Positions 12,698-23,726 of a DNA stretch of 64,000 bases are shown in pieces; the first letter of the stretch is position 1, and each line of letters begins with the position of its first letter. Origin of the DNA: Podarcis filfolensis. Its lineage: Eukaryota. The stretch lies in assembly GCA_964270895.1 (NCBI GenBank), contig OZ185437.1. One strand, 5' to 3'. The notes under the pieces were generated by a model, which had not been told where the DNA came from, did no database searches, and saw only the letters and a list, made by a program, of their open reading frames with translations. Made by a program: the position numbers and the translations under genes.

Positions 12698-12921
12698 GAA
12701 AGCACATCAAAGTGCAAGTAGATAAACAGGTATCGCTCCGGAAGGAAGGTAAATGGCTTTTCTGTGCACGGCTCTGGTTTGCCAGAAGCAGCTTAGTCCT
12801 GCTGGCCACATGACCCGGAAGCTGTACGCCGGCTCCCTCGGCCAATAAAGCGAGATGAGTGCTGCAACCCCGGAGTCGTCCGTGACTGGACCTAATGGTC
12901 AGGGGTCCCTTTTACCTTTAC
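12698..12921 (+). mobile_element. Sauria (Squam1) SINE, 5'-truncated
   Basis: gaaagcacatcaaagtgcaagtagataaa...gactggacctaatggtcaggggtcccttttacctttac; ACCTTT tail. Confidence 0.92.
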
Positions 12922-14314
12922 ACTTGATGAACCTGCAAGGACCCAAGGTAAATTATTCCCAAGTCAATGAATGGGTATGGGGTGAAGACTGGTTCATAGG
13001 TTGGTTTTTAAAAGTTCAAGAATCATTATCCATAGCAGTTGCCTGCTATACTATGAGTGATAATTACTGTTTTCATCAAGAGAGGTTTCTTCCTCTCTGG
13101 GGAAAAAGGACGTGATGGAGATTCTGCTAAATTGTTGGTATATGTTATCATAGTGCTGCTGTAATATCACTACAAATTGAATAATACATTGCACCAGTAT
13201 CGGTGGTGGTCCAAGACAGATTGGGGAGCCCTGGGCAAGAGAGTCATGAGGCGCCCCTTAAAGGTATGAAAGCAAGTCAGGCATAAAATATCACTTCGTT
13301 ATATATATGAAGCTGCAATGCAATATGGAATTATGTATCATAATACATTCATTGTGGTCACTTTTTATTACAGCAGGAGTGGAGAATATTACCGGTACTT
13401 TATATGTTGTAACAAAACTACACTGAAAACAATTAAAGCAACAATAAGCAAGCCATTATTTCCATATGTGATGCTCTTAAATACCATAAACAGAAAGAGC
13501 AAACACACACACAAAGCATACTGTGTGATATCCACACAGGCAGGTCATGTGGTGAACTGGTGATATCCAGTACACTGATAAAGAACAGTATTATGATTTA
13601 AGGTTTAATTCTCTAGTGCCCTATTAAATGAAATTAACGTTTCCAAACCTTCTGGGATGATAAGTCCTAAATGAAAACACTGTAATCCAAGCCTCACCCA
13701 ATTTTATGTTCAACTGAAATAAGTGTTGAATCTTACTAGTTATTCTTGCAACACAGATGAGCACAGATTGATTGGCTTATTTTTCTGCAGAGGGGCAGGG
13801 AGCAATTTCAACATTTTGAGTTCTAGTGAGTATCAACAACCACCTCTTTAACTCAACCAACAACTCTGTTGAATCCACGTCTCCCTCAAAGTGCAAAGAT
13901 ACACTTTTCAAGGTCATCGTCTCCCATTTTAGTCAAAGATTTAGCATCAAATATGAATCCATTATTTGTCCTTAAACTGCACCATTTTGTTCGATCTGTG
14001 ATCTACATGAACAAGATGGCTGCTGCCTCCTTGTGATGTCCTGGTCAACTGGGTATGAGCGTGAGGACATCTCTCAGCCAAGGAACTACTACTGATGTGG
14101 ATGGCTTTGGGCTAAGGGAGAAAAGGTCATCTGCCTGTGCTTTTGTAGGGAAACACTTGCATGCTTGCCATGCTGCTGAACTCAACACAAGGTAGCCTGA
14201 GACTGACGTGACTGACTGTAAAGCAGGCAGGCAGGCTTTTGTACTTGATTAGAGTGTGGGGCCGCAGGTGGTTGTCCCAGCCAACAGTTGCAGTAAGCTG
14301 TTGCTGCACCTTGT

Positions 14315-14404
14315 CATAGCTGCCAACTTCTCCCTTTTCTTGCGAGGAATCCTATTTGGAATAAGGGAATTTCCCTTAAAAAAAAGGAAATGTTGACAGC
14401 TATG
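14315..14404. mobile_element. 90-bp hAT MITE
   Basis: TIRs catagctgccaac / gttgacagctatg; perfect 8-bp TSD CACCTTGT (14307-14314, 14405-14412). Confidence 0.85.
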
Positions 14405-14624
14405 CACCTTGTATTCCACAAAGATACAGGGGAAAGACTTCCTCAGTGCCTGCGTGTGAAGATCTGAAGGGAGAGCCTAACCAGATTCAGCTGCTACATC
14501 CCACAATACATTAAAAACTCTCTTATAACACTCTTAACAGTCTTGGCTTCCCCTAAAGTATCCTCCTGGGAACTGCAGCTTGTCTTGGATACAAAAATGG
14601 ATTGACAGTTCAATGAGGCCAATC

Positions 14625-15040
14625 TGGTTGACAGCCCAGCTGTGCACCTATATGGACAGGAATAGCCTAACTTCTGCTGTCTATGCTCTGGTAACCTCTA
14701 GATTAGATTACCTAGCTGGTCCAGAATTTAACGCCCAGGTTGCAAAACGATTTGAGCATGTAACGCCAGTCCTGGCCCGACTGCCCTGACTGCCAGGTCC
14801 ACCTGGCACCTTGGTTACATATCTTCAGCCGCCAAGCAGAAACATTCCTCTTCTCTCAGGCCTTTTGCTAATTAAACAATTTATGGCCTTTTAAACTGTG
14901 TGTTTGAGAGAGAGGGGGTTTTTTTGTTTGTTACTATGGTATGTATTTTTGCGTTTTTATGTTGCAAACTGCCCTGTGAGCCTTGGGTGAAGGGTGGTAT
15001 AGAAATTTAAGAACTAAATATACAAATAACAAATAAATGA
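14625..15040 (+). mobile_element. Degraded L2 3' fragment
   Basis: Translates to VYALVTSRLDY...EHVTPVLARL; tail gcaaactgccctgtgagcc..gaagggtggtatagaaat. Confidence 0.7.
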
Positions 15041-15913
15041 AAAAGAGCCTAAACCCTATGCCTTTTACAGTCACACTCCAGGATAAGATAAACAGGACTA
15101 AAGAACGTAGAAGGTGGAAATAAAGTAAACTGAAGAGGGTTTTCCATAGCAACAGATAATCCATAAACATACTGTGGCTGCCTCAATAGTTTTTAATAAT
15201 AATATTGCCAATACAAAAATTTATCTTTATAATATGTGCTGGTTCCATCACATCATCCTCTGGAAGTCTTCTTTGGAGATTTCTGTTTGACTTCAGTGCC
15301 TCATGCCTTTCCACTCATTTACAAGTTCACTACTTTCAAAATTAACTTCCTGACCAGCGTCATAAAGGTTTCTGCCTTTCTGGAAGTGTAGAGACAGCTT
15401 GCTGAAAGTGTAAAATTACTTGCTAACTACAGCCCACTCACATTGCTTTTTCTATGGGCCTTTAGACCCCCATCGACTCCACTTTAGAGCGGTGTCTTGC
15501 TGACATGTCAACAGATGATTGTTCAGCTGTCAGAGATTGGGGGCTTGAGAAATTTGCAGGCAGTCCATATATTACATTAGTTCAAGGCAGGTACTGTATA
15601 TATCTTCTGGCACTGAACACCCACTCTTCACTAAAGCTCTCCTTCATTCTATTCCAAAGTCTCCATCAGGAGGCAACTTAATTTACACTTTCTCCATTCC
15701 CTTTGCCAGATTTTGTGGCCTTCATGAAATTTCTTTTTGCAAAGCTGAATTCAAGCACCACTGAAAATGCAGCACATCTCAGCTTCTGTCTTAGTCAATG
15801 TTCTTTTCTCTTTTCAACACGTAAAGTCATACAAGTTGGTGGCCACTACTACTACACCTTGGGCGGCAAACCACACAGGTCATCTACGTGCTGTGTTTAG
15901 AAGTATTTCTACC

Positions 15914-16240
15914 GGGACTTCCGGAGGCGGCGCGACCGGTAATGGCTGCCTTCTCCGAGTAAGGAGAAGGGAGCTCCGCTGTAAACGGGTCGTCCGCTAC
16001 GGCGAAGCGGAGACCCATTCAGGAAAACCACAGGTGGCAGAAGCCTGTGGTCTCGGGACCCGGCGGGCGCCAGAAGCAGCCCCCAAAACGTTGAAGGGAC
16101 CCCGTAAGGGGCTCCGGATCGCGGAGGGGGTAGCGGCGCTGTGGGTCGTTGCGCAAACAGCGAAGTGAAGCCGCATTGCTGTTGCCGGTCAGCGCTGTCC
16201 TTTCTTCCTGCAACTTTTCTGAACTTTGGAAACTACAACC
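15914..16240 (+). promoter_or_regulatory. L1 internal CpG-rich promoter (5'UTR head)
   Basis: GC/CpG-rich relative to flanks; starts with ACTTCCGG (ETS-type) and AATGGC (YY1-core-like) motifs that are also present in the second L1 copy. Confidence 0.65.
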
Positions 16241-16964
16241 CGTGAGTAAATTTGGACATTGAAAACTTTCTGAAACTTTTGTCAACTTTCTGAAACTTTT
16301 TGAGAACTTTATGAAACTTTTAAAACTTTTTTAAAAAAGTTGAAATCTGGCTGAAAACGGAGTGAGGATAAGCAGGAAGCCCATCTCCCGCTATACTGAA
16401 CTTTAAGCAAAGAGCAGGAGGAGTGGAGACAAAAAGTTATGCGTTAACTAAATGCTGGCACCCTGTTAAAGCAGTTTTCTGAGTGAAAGACTTTGAGCTA
16501 TTGACTTTTGCTGGTCATATTCGGGGTGCACTGATATTCTTCTTCTGTGGCACCAGTGGATTATAAAATAAATAAGAATCTCTGGTGCTGGAGCTGCCTG
16601 GATGAGCACCAGTTTGCAACTTTGGATACATTGAATTTAGGTTTTGAAACATTCTGAGTTGGAACTGGATACTTTGAAACTGTTGCAGTCAAGGCACTGT
16701 AAGAAACACTGTTTTGCTTTAAGTTTTACTCTGCTAAAAATAATACATTGTGGAGGCGATAGACATGGATTTAAATTTATAAGTTTAACTTGGATTTGAT
16801 CTTTTCCCTGAAGACGTATTAAGCTCCCTCTAGAGGATTTTGGACTTACAGCAGTGACTTTGTTTTACTTTCCCTTTCCCGGCCTCTGTTTGACTATTGC
16901 ATCTGGGACTCTGCTTTCTCATGGGAACAACTTGGATTGACCTTGGATTACAGATAACTTTGGA

Positions 16965-17999
16965 ATGAGTGGCGCAAGGAGAAGAGGAAGGACTAAGCAA
17001 ACAACTCTAACTTTATCTGCAGCCTCACAGCGTAGATCTTCTGTGCCGGCCTTGCCTTCCACTTTGCCTCCAGACATAGAGGCGGCCTCCCTAATACAGG
17101 CAGGGGAGGGTGAGACAGAGGAGCTGCACCTGGGAGATATGGCTTCAGGGACAAGTAGCTCTGTCTTGGAGAAAATTTTGGAGAAACTGGAGGCTCTGGA
17201 CAAGAAGGCTGATTTGCATACAGCTAAAATTGAACAGAACACAGAAAGCTTGAATAAGCTGACTGGACAAGTTGCACAGAATGCCCAGTCTATTGGAGAA
17301 TTAAAGGAGGCTGTAGGTGAAAATCGTAAACTGGCTGAAGATACTAGTCAAAGATTGGAAGAACTTGAGAAAGAAGTAAGACCACTCAGCAAACAAGTTG
17401 GAGAACATCAGATTTACTTTTTGATGACAGAACTGCGAAACAGGGAGACCAACTTGAGGATACGGTCAATACCAGAGGTGGAAGAAGATAATTTTATTGA
17501 ATTTCTAACTAAGGAATTTGCCAAGTTTTGGAAGTTAGAGGAAAAAGACTTTAAAATTGTATCTGCTTTCAGGCTTGGCAGAGTCAGAAGGACAGAGAAG
17601 CCCAGAGATTGCTTGATAACACTGAGATCAAAGGAGGAAAGGGACAAGATTTTGGGCCTGCACTACGAAAAGTCACTAGACATTTTGGGCAAGAGAATTG
17701 AAATCTACAAGGACATTCCTAAGCAGTTGCTGGACCTTAGATCTAACTACACGGAATTGGCAAGACTGTTGAGAAGCAACGCAATTATCTTCAGGTGGGA
17801 GTTTCCACAAGGATTATCCTTTACCTACAGAGGGAGAAAGATCAAAATCAAAACAGTGGAAGATAGAGACAAGTTTTTGGGAGCACACGGAGAAGACCTC
17901 CACAAAGGACTTGGATTGCCAGCGCCAGAACTTCCAGGGGAGCCCGCCCCCTCGGATCCTCAAGGACCGGAGAACAAGGTACCACCCCAGAAAGAATAA
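16965..17999 (+). CDS. L1 ORF1p (coiled coil, RRM, C-terminal domain), 344 aa
   Basis: Heptad-rich region LEKILEKLEALDKK...LEELEKEV; ETNLRIRSIPE; FRLGR..PRDCLITL; IYKDIP; RWEFPQGLSFTY. The true start could be the downstream Met (MASG). Confidence 0.92.
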   Translation: MSGARRRGRTKQTTLTLSAASQRRSSVPALPSTLPPDIEAASLIQAGEGETEELHLGDMASGTSSSVLEKILEKLEALDKKADLHTAKIEQNTESLNKLTGQVAQNAQSIGELKEAVGENRKLAEDTSQRLEELEKEVRPLSKQVGEHQIYFLMTELRNRETNLRIRSIPEVEEDNFIEFLTKEFAKFWKLEEKDFKIVSAFRLGRVRRTEKPRDCLITLRSKEERDKILGLHYEKSLDILGKRIEIYKDIPKQLLDLRSNYTELARLLRSNAIIFRWEFPQGLSFTYRGRKIKIKTVEDRDKFLGAHGEDLHKGLGLPAPELPGEPAPSDPQGPENKVPPQKE

Positions 18000-18014
18000 C
18001 CAGACCTATCCAGG

Positions 18015-21000
18015 ATGTCTCTGCAGCTTTTGAGTTGGAACATAAATGGCTGTAACAGTCCCGAAAAAAGGTCTAAAATTTTTCATATTTTAAAAAAGGA
18101 ACAATTGGACATTATATGCTTACAAGAAACACATGTGATTAGGCTCCATAGAAAGGTGTTAATAAATAAAAGGCTTGGTCAAGAATTTATATCATCGGAT
18201 ACAGTTAAAAAGAGAGGTGTAGTGATCTATGCAAAAGAGAGCCTTTCACCAAAATTTCTCTTTAAAGATGAAAATGGAAGAATCCTCGCAATAGAAGTAC
18301 AGTATCAAGGAGAAAAAATTTTGATATTAGGAATTTATGCTCCAAATGAAGGAAAATCGGATTTTTATAAGAAGTTGCACGAGATCATGCTGGATTATCT
18401 GGATTACAACAACGTCATCATGATGGGGGACATGAACGGGGTCGTATCAACAAATATGGATAAGTCACAGAACCAGAACATTACTAAAGAGGGAAGACTA
18501 CCTAAGACCTTTTTTGAAATGACTGACAATATGGACTGGGTTGACATCTGGAGAGTTAGAAACCCCCTGGGAAGAGAAGGAACATTCTTTTCTGAAGCTC
18601 AACTGACTTGGACACGAATCGACCAAATATGGATAACTAGAAGTCTGGCACCTAAGGTGAGGAAGGTGGAAATCTGCCCCAAAACATGCTCCGACCATAA
18701 CGCCTTGAGAATGGATATGACATTGATCCCAATCGGCTCCTTTAGATGGAAGATGAATGATGGCCTGTTTAGAGATCAAAGAATTGTAAAGAAGGCCCAA
18801 AAAACCTTAAAGGACTATTTTGAGATTAATTTGAACACTACGGTGGAAAAAAGAACTATCTGGGATGCAAGTAAAGCTGTGATGAGAGGGTTCTTGATTC
18901 AACAGAATTCCTTAAAGAAAAGACTGCAAAATGAAAAGAAAGATAAAATTCTGGAAAGTATCAAAGAGTTGGAGAAGAAGTTAAGATCTAACCCGAAGTC
19001 CCAACCGATTCTGAGAGAAATTAAACTTTATCAGGCGCAATATTCCAAGCTGATAAATCAGGAAATAGAATGGAAGATTAAAACAATGAAACAAAAAACT
19101 TTTGAATCGGCAAATAAATGTGGGAAACTGCTAGCTTGGCAGTTGAAAAGGAGACAAAGATTAAATACAGTAACAAACTTAGAGGTTGAAGGAAGGAACA
19201 TTCAGAACCCGGGAGAGATTAGAAAGTGCTTCCAGAGGTATTTTAAAAAGTTATATACTCAAGGGCCACAAGATGAAATAGAGATTACACAATTTTTGGA
19301 GAGAAATGGATTAGCAAAGCTGTCAGAAGAAAATAGAACAATTTTAAATGGCAAAATAACACGACAAGAGATTGAACAGGCCATCCTGAGTCTGAAACAG
19401 GGCAAATCACCAGGGCCAGATGGACTGACCTCTAACTACTATAAGATATTGAAGGATTATTTGATACAACCTTTGTTGGAGATCAGTAATGAAATAATGG
19501 AGGGGAAGAAGGCGCCTGAATCGTGGAAAGAAGCATTTATCACATTGATTCCAAAGTCAGAAACTGAAAAGACACAACTCAAGAATTACCGTCCCATCTC
19601 CCTTTTAAATGTGGATTACAAAATATTTGCAGATGTTTTGGCACGAAGATTTAAGAAAGTTTTAAGTGAGATAATCCATAAAGACCAGGCAGGCTTTCTC
19701 CCGGGCAGACATATGTTTACTAACACAAGGAACATCATAGACATATTGGAACTTTTACAAACAAACATAAACACTAAAGCAGTTTTAATTTTTATAGACG
19801 CGGAGAAAGCCTTTGACAACATTTCTTGGAAATTTATGAAGGGGAATTTAAAAGAAATGGGAGTGGGACGGGGGTTTGAGAACGGGATTGAGGCAATATA
19901 TTCAGAACAAAAGGCTAAACTGATAGTTAACAATGTGGTTACAGAAGAGTTTAAAATTGAAAAAGGTACACGACAAGGCTGCCCGATTTCCCCATTACTG
20001 TTTATTTCGGTTCTGGAAGTGCTCCTGAATATGATTAGGGGGGACCGGTTGGTGGAAGGGATTCAGGTCGGAGCGAAACAATATAAACTTAAAGCTTTTG
20101 CAGATGACCTAGTTCTGACATTACAGGAGCCGGAGTCTAGTTTGAAAAGAGTACTACAACTGATTCAAAACTTTGGTCGAGTGGCAGGATTTAAGCTAAA
20201 TAAGCAAAAAACTAAAGTTTTGGGGAAAAACATGACAGATATTGAGTTGGAACAGCTTCAGAAAGAGACAGAACTAAATGTGGTTAAAAAAGTTAAATAC
20301 CTAGGGGTAAACATAACAGCAAAAAATCTGAGTTTATTTAAAGATAATTATGAAAAATGTTGGTCAGAGATTAAGAGAGACTTGGATAGTTGGTCAAGAT
20401 TAAAACTTTCTTTGTTAGGCCGAATAGCTGCCATCAAGATGAATGTATTGCCAAAAATGTTATTTTTGTTTCAGACATTGCAGATTGTAGACAAGACAGA
20501 GTGCTTCCGGAAGTGGCAGAAAGATATTTCTAAATTTGTCTGGCAGGGCAAAAAGCCCAGAATCAAATTTAAAATATTAACAGATGCGAAAGAAAGAGGG
20601 GGCTTTGCCCTGCCAGATTTAAAGTTGTATTATGAAGCCGCAGCTTTCTGCTGGTTAAAAGATTGGTTACTTCTTGAAGATACGGATGTCTTGGATTTGG
20701 AAGGTTTTAATAATGCGTTTGGATGGCATGCATATTTATGGTATGATAAAGCTAAGATAAATAAGGCCTTCAAGAACCATATTGTCAGAAAATCAGTTTT
20801 TAATGTCTGGACAAAATATAAAGACTTACTGGAGAATAAAACTCCGAGGTGGCTGTCACCCCTGGAGGCTAAGGCTCGGAAAAGAGCCAATATGGAGGCC
20901 AACTGGCCAAAATATTGGGAGATAATAGAAAAGGATGGTGACAACTGGAAATTGCAGAGTTTAGAAAAGATGAGAGACAAAGTGCGAGACTGGTTACACT

Positions 21001-21755
21001 ATGCTCAGATTAAAGAAGTGTTTAAAAATGACAAAAAGCTAGGATTCCAAGTGGAAAAGTCAAAGTTAGAAACTGAACTGTTAGAACCTAAGACTAAGGT
21101 ACTTTCAAGAATGTATAACTTGCTGCTGAAATGGAACACACATGACGAAATGGTAAAATCAACAATGATAAAATGGGCGCAGGATATTGGGTATAATATT
21201 ATGTTTGAAGATTGGGAAAGGTTGTGGACCTCTGGGCTGAACTTCACTGCATGTAATGCGTTGAAGGAAAATGTGATGAAAATGATGTATAGATGGTACA
21301 TGACCCCTGTTAAACTGGCTAAAATATACCATTCGTCTGATAGCAAATGTTGGAAATGTAAGGAAAATGAAGGAACATTTTTTCACCTCTGGTGGACCTG
21401 CCCTAGAGTGAAGGCCTTTTGGGAGAAGATATATAATGAATTAAAAAAGGTGTTTAAATACACCTTTACTAAGAAATCAGAGGCCTTTCTCCTGGGTATT
21501 GTCGGCCAGAGTGTGTTAAAAGAGGACAGAACATTCTTTTTGTACGCAACAACAGCAGCAAGAATATTAATTGCCAAGAATTGGAAAACTCAGGAGCTAC
21601 CCACTGTGGAAGAATGGCAGATGCAACTGATGGACTATATGCAATTAGCCGAGATGACCGGCAGAATTCGAGACCAGGGAGAAGAAAGGATGGAAGAAGA
21701 CTGGAGGAAATTTAAGATTTATTTACAAAAATATTGTAATTTGGCTGAGTGCTGA
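18015..21755 (+). CDS. L1 ORF2p (APE endonuclease, reverse transcriptase, C-terminal CCHC), 1246 aa
   Basis: EN motifs SWNING, CLQETH, GDMNG, RIDQIW, SDHN; RT motifs GKSPGPDG, YRPISLLNVDYKI, DAEKAFD, GTRQGCPISPLLF, FADD, KYLG; zinc knuckle CWKCKENEGTFFHLWWTC. Confidence 0.97.
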   Translation: MSLQLLSWNINGCNSPEKRSKIFHILKKEQLDIICLQETHVIRLHRKVLINKRLGQEFISSDTVKKRGVVIYAKESLSPKFLFKDENGRILAIEVQYQGEKILILGIYAPNEGKSDFYKKLHEIMLDYLDYNNVIMMGDMNGVVSTNMDKSQNQNITKEGRLPKTFFEMTDNMDWVDIWRVRNPLGREGTFFSEAQLTWTRIDQIWITRSLAPKVRKVEICPKTCSDHNALRMDMTLIPIGSFRWKMNDGLFRDQRIVKKAQKTLKDYFEINLNTTVEKRTIWDASKAVMRGFLIQQNSLKKRLQNEKKDKILESIKELEKKLRSNPKSQPILREIKLYQAQYSKLINQEIEWKIKTMKQKTFESANKCGKLLAWQLKRRQRLNTVTNLEVEGRNIQNPGEIRKCFQRYFKKLYTQGPQDEIEITQFLERNGLAKLSEENRTILNGKITRQEIEQAILSLKQGKSPGPDGLTSNYYKILKDYLIQPLLEISNEIMEGKKAPESWKEAFITLIPKSETEKTQLKNYRPISLLNVDYKIFADVLARRFKKVLSEIIHKDQAGFLPGRHMFTNTRNIIDILELLQTNINTKAVLIFIDAEKAFDNISWKFMKGNLKEMGVGRGFENGIEAIYSEQKAKLIVNNVVTEEFKIEKGTRQGCPISPLLFISVLEVLLNMIRGDRLVEGIQVGAKQYKLKAFADDLVLTLQEPESSLKRVLQLIQNFGRVAGFKLNKQKTKVLGKNMTDIELEQLQKETELNVVKKVKYLGVNITAKNLSLFKDNYEKCWSEIKRDLDSWSRLKLSLLGRIAAIKMNVLPKMLFLFQTLQIVDKTECFRKWQKDISKFVWQGKKPRIKFKILTDAKERGGFALPDLKLYYEAAAFCWLKDWLLLEDTDVLDLEGFNNAFGWHAYLWYDKAKINKAFKNHIVRKSVFNVWTKYKDLLENKTPRWLSPLEAKARKRANMEANWPKYWEIIEKDGDNWKLQSLEKMRDKVRDWLHYAQIKEVFKNDKKLGFQVEKSKLETELLEPKTKVLSRMYNLLLKWNTHDEMVKSTMIKWAQDIGYNIMFEDWERLWTSGLNFTACNALKENVMKMMYRWYMTPVKLAKIYHSSDSKCWKCKENEGTFFHLWWTCPRVKAFWEKIYNELKKVFKYTFTKKSEAFLLGIVGQSVLKEDRTFFLYATTAARILIAKNWKTQELPTVEEWQMQLMDYMQLAEMTGRIRDQGEERMEEDWRKFKIYLQKYCNLAEC

Positions 21756-22283
21756 ATTGGATGCCAGTGCAGACAATTGTCTACCATTAAATTAGATTTA
21801 AGGCTGAATTATATGTCAAACCAAATTAAGATTATTAATTAAGATGAGTTAAATGATAATTTGTTTGAAATTAATTTAATAATGATGTAAGTGTATGCAG
21901 GAGGTGTGGGGGAGTCCCATGTAACAATTGAGAGATGTTAAATGGACAATGATAAGTGCTTATCTAATATATGCTTTATTTGAAAACTTTAATAAATATA
22001 TTATAAAAAAAAAAAAAAATAGAAGTATTTCTACCTATTAAACGATTCAAAAGAGCCTATTTATATAAACTATTTTAGCAGCACCTTCAAAGTCTGATGG
22101 GTTAAGCAAGTAATTTGACAAATGGAATGGGTCTTTGTCCAAGAAAGAATGTGCACAATTAATGATTTTCCCCAGAACAATAACCCTTGCTTATTAACTG
22201 CAGCAATAATGTAGTCTTACACTTATTGTGAGCATCTGGTTTTCTCTATTTTGTAGTTCTTTACAAATCTACTTGAAAGACTC

Positions 22284-22288
<5 letters not shown>

Positions 22289-22347
<59 letters not shown>

Positions 22348-22360
22348 TGTGCGTGTGTGC
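22289..22360. repeat. Compound (CT)n(GT)n microsatellite
   Basis: Directly visible. Confidence 0.95.
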
Positions 22361-22789
22361 AGAGACAAAGGTTGACCACAGTTTAGTGTAGAATTCATTT
22401 ACACAGACACAACTACTGCAGCTCATTAAACACTCTACAAAACACCTGGAGAGCTGGACTCACAGCAAAGGCAGCATTCACTCAGATACACTGCCCCCCC
22501 ATACACTATACAGACTTTTACATAGGTGTGGCCAGCACAACAGGGCTGTAGAACCAGCCTCCTGGAAGCAGCGTTGTTGCTGATGACTGGGGCAGGGTGG
22601 CAGCAATTATGGAGATGTGTGGCTATCTTGGTGGGAGGGCCAGATTGGTTATATTGGTGGGTTGGCACCACCCTGACTTTGCCACCACCCTGGCCCACAC
22701 TTCCCAGGATGTGGAAGCTGTTACGCTGGCAACTGACACCTGTGAGTTATTATTGTGGTTGTTTATGGTTATATGTACTTCTTATTACT

Positions 22790-23085
22790 ATGTATTACCT
22801 GTCCTTCACCCCAGGGCTCCAGGGCAGGTTGCAACATTAAAGTACAATATTGAAAACAGTTCTAAACAATTTACAATCGCAAAAATAAGGTGGGTCCTAA
22901 AGAGGTGCGTCTTCAACGTTCATTGGAAGCTGCAAAATGAAGATGCCAGTTGCACCTCTGTGGGGAGGGAGCCCTCAAAACTTAAATACTTCTACAGAGA
23001 ATGCCTTTTGACAGGCCACCACTACTTCCAAGGGTCAAGGTGCTACCAAGGCACTACTAAGAGAGTCCCCTGCCAATCTTAGTAC
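22790..23085 (-). mobile_element. Degraded L2-type 3' end
   Basis: Reverse complement of an L2-like tail (cctgtccttcaccccagggctccagggcaggttgcaac) followed by ggagggagccctc..acagagaatgcc. Confidence 0.55.
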
Positions 23086-23089
23086 CCAC

Positions 23090-23370
23090 ACTTGTTTTCT
23101 CCTGCTCTGGAGTGTAGGACTCGGACCAATGGCCTCAAGCAACAAGAAAAGGGATTCCGACCAAACATCAGAAAAAAGTTTCTGACTGTAAGAGTTGTTT
23201 TACAGTGGAATGGTTTCCCTCAGGAGGTTGTGGACTCTCCTTCCTTGGAAGCTTGTAAGCAGAAGTTGGGTGACCATCTGTCATGGATGCTCTAGCTGAG
23301 ATTCCTTCATTGCAGGGGGTTGGACTAGATGACCCTTCGGGTCTCTCCCAACTCTACAATTCTATTATTC
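23090..23370 (+). mobile_element. CR1 LINE 3' end
   Basis: FSPALECRTRTNGLK..FRPNIRKKFLTVRVV..WNGFPQEVVDSPSLE; terminal ggttggactagatgacc..ccaactctacaattctattattc. Confidence 0.9.
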
Positions 23371-23503
23371 AAAGAGGATCCATAGGAACAAAGCCAGTCT
23401 TTCAGATATCTGGGGCCTAAATTGTTTGTGACTTTTAACGCTAACATGAGCACCTTGAAATAGCAACCAAATAATTATATTTCCAGGACCTACCCTACTT
23501 TCT

Positions 23504-23726
23504 ATGAGGGCCACTCCATTTCTTTTATGGGATTCTTTCCCACGATAGTAGATATGATGGTCATCCAAACTGAATTCGACAGAGGACGAGATGGTTGGAC
23601 AGTGTTCTCGAAGCTACCAGCATGAGTTTGACCAAACTGCAGGAGGCAGTGGAAGACAGGAATGCCTGGTGTGCTCTGGTCCATGGGGTCACAAAGAGTC
23701 GGACACAACTAAACAACAACAACAAC
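23504..23726 (+). mobile_element. BovB (RTE) insertion with 5' inversion
   Basis: 23504-23577 is the reverse complement of BovB endonuclease sequence (EFSLDDHHIYYRGKESHKRNGVALI); 23578-23726 is the sense BovB 3' end with (CAA)n; 12-bp TSD ACCCTACTTTCT (23492-23503, 23727-23738). Confidence 0.9.

Larger units (their letters stand above)
15914..22019 (+). mobile_element. Full-length intact LINE-1 (L1 clade), 6106 bp
   Basis: 16-bp TSD TAGAAGTATTTCTACC (15898-15913, 22020-22035); CpG-rich 5' end; ORF1 and ORF2 uninterrupted; AATAAA 21991-21996; A15 tail 22005-22019. Confidence 0.97.

Noticed and set aside
15767-16285. 133-aa and 88-aa ORFs across the L1 5' junction
   Set aside because: They span the TSD or sit in GC-rich UTR with few stops; no recognisable domain.
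16919-21577. Antisense ORFs within L1 ORF1/ORF2 (an ORF0-like possibility)
   Set aside because: Expected shadows of long coding frames; no independent evidence.
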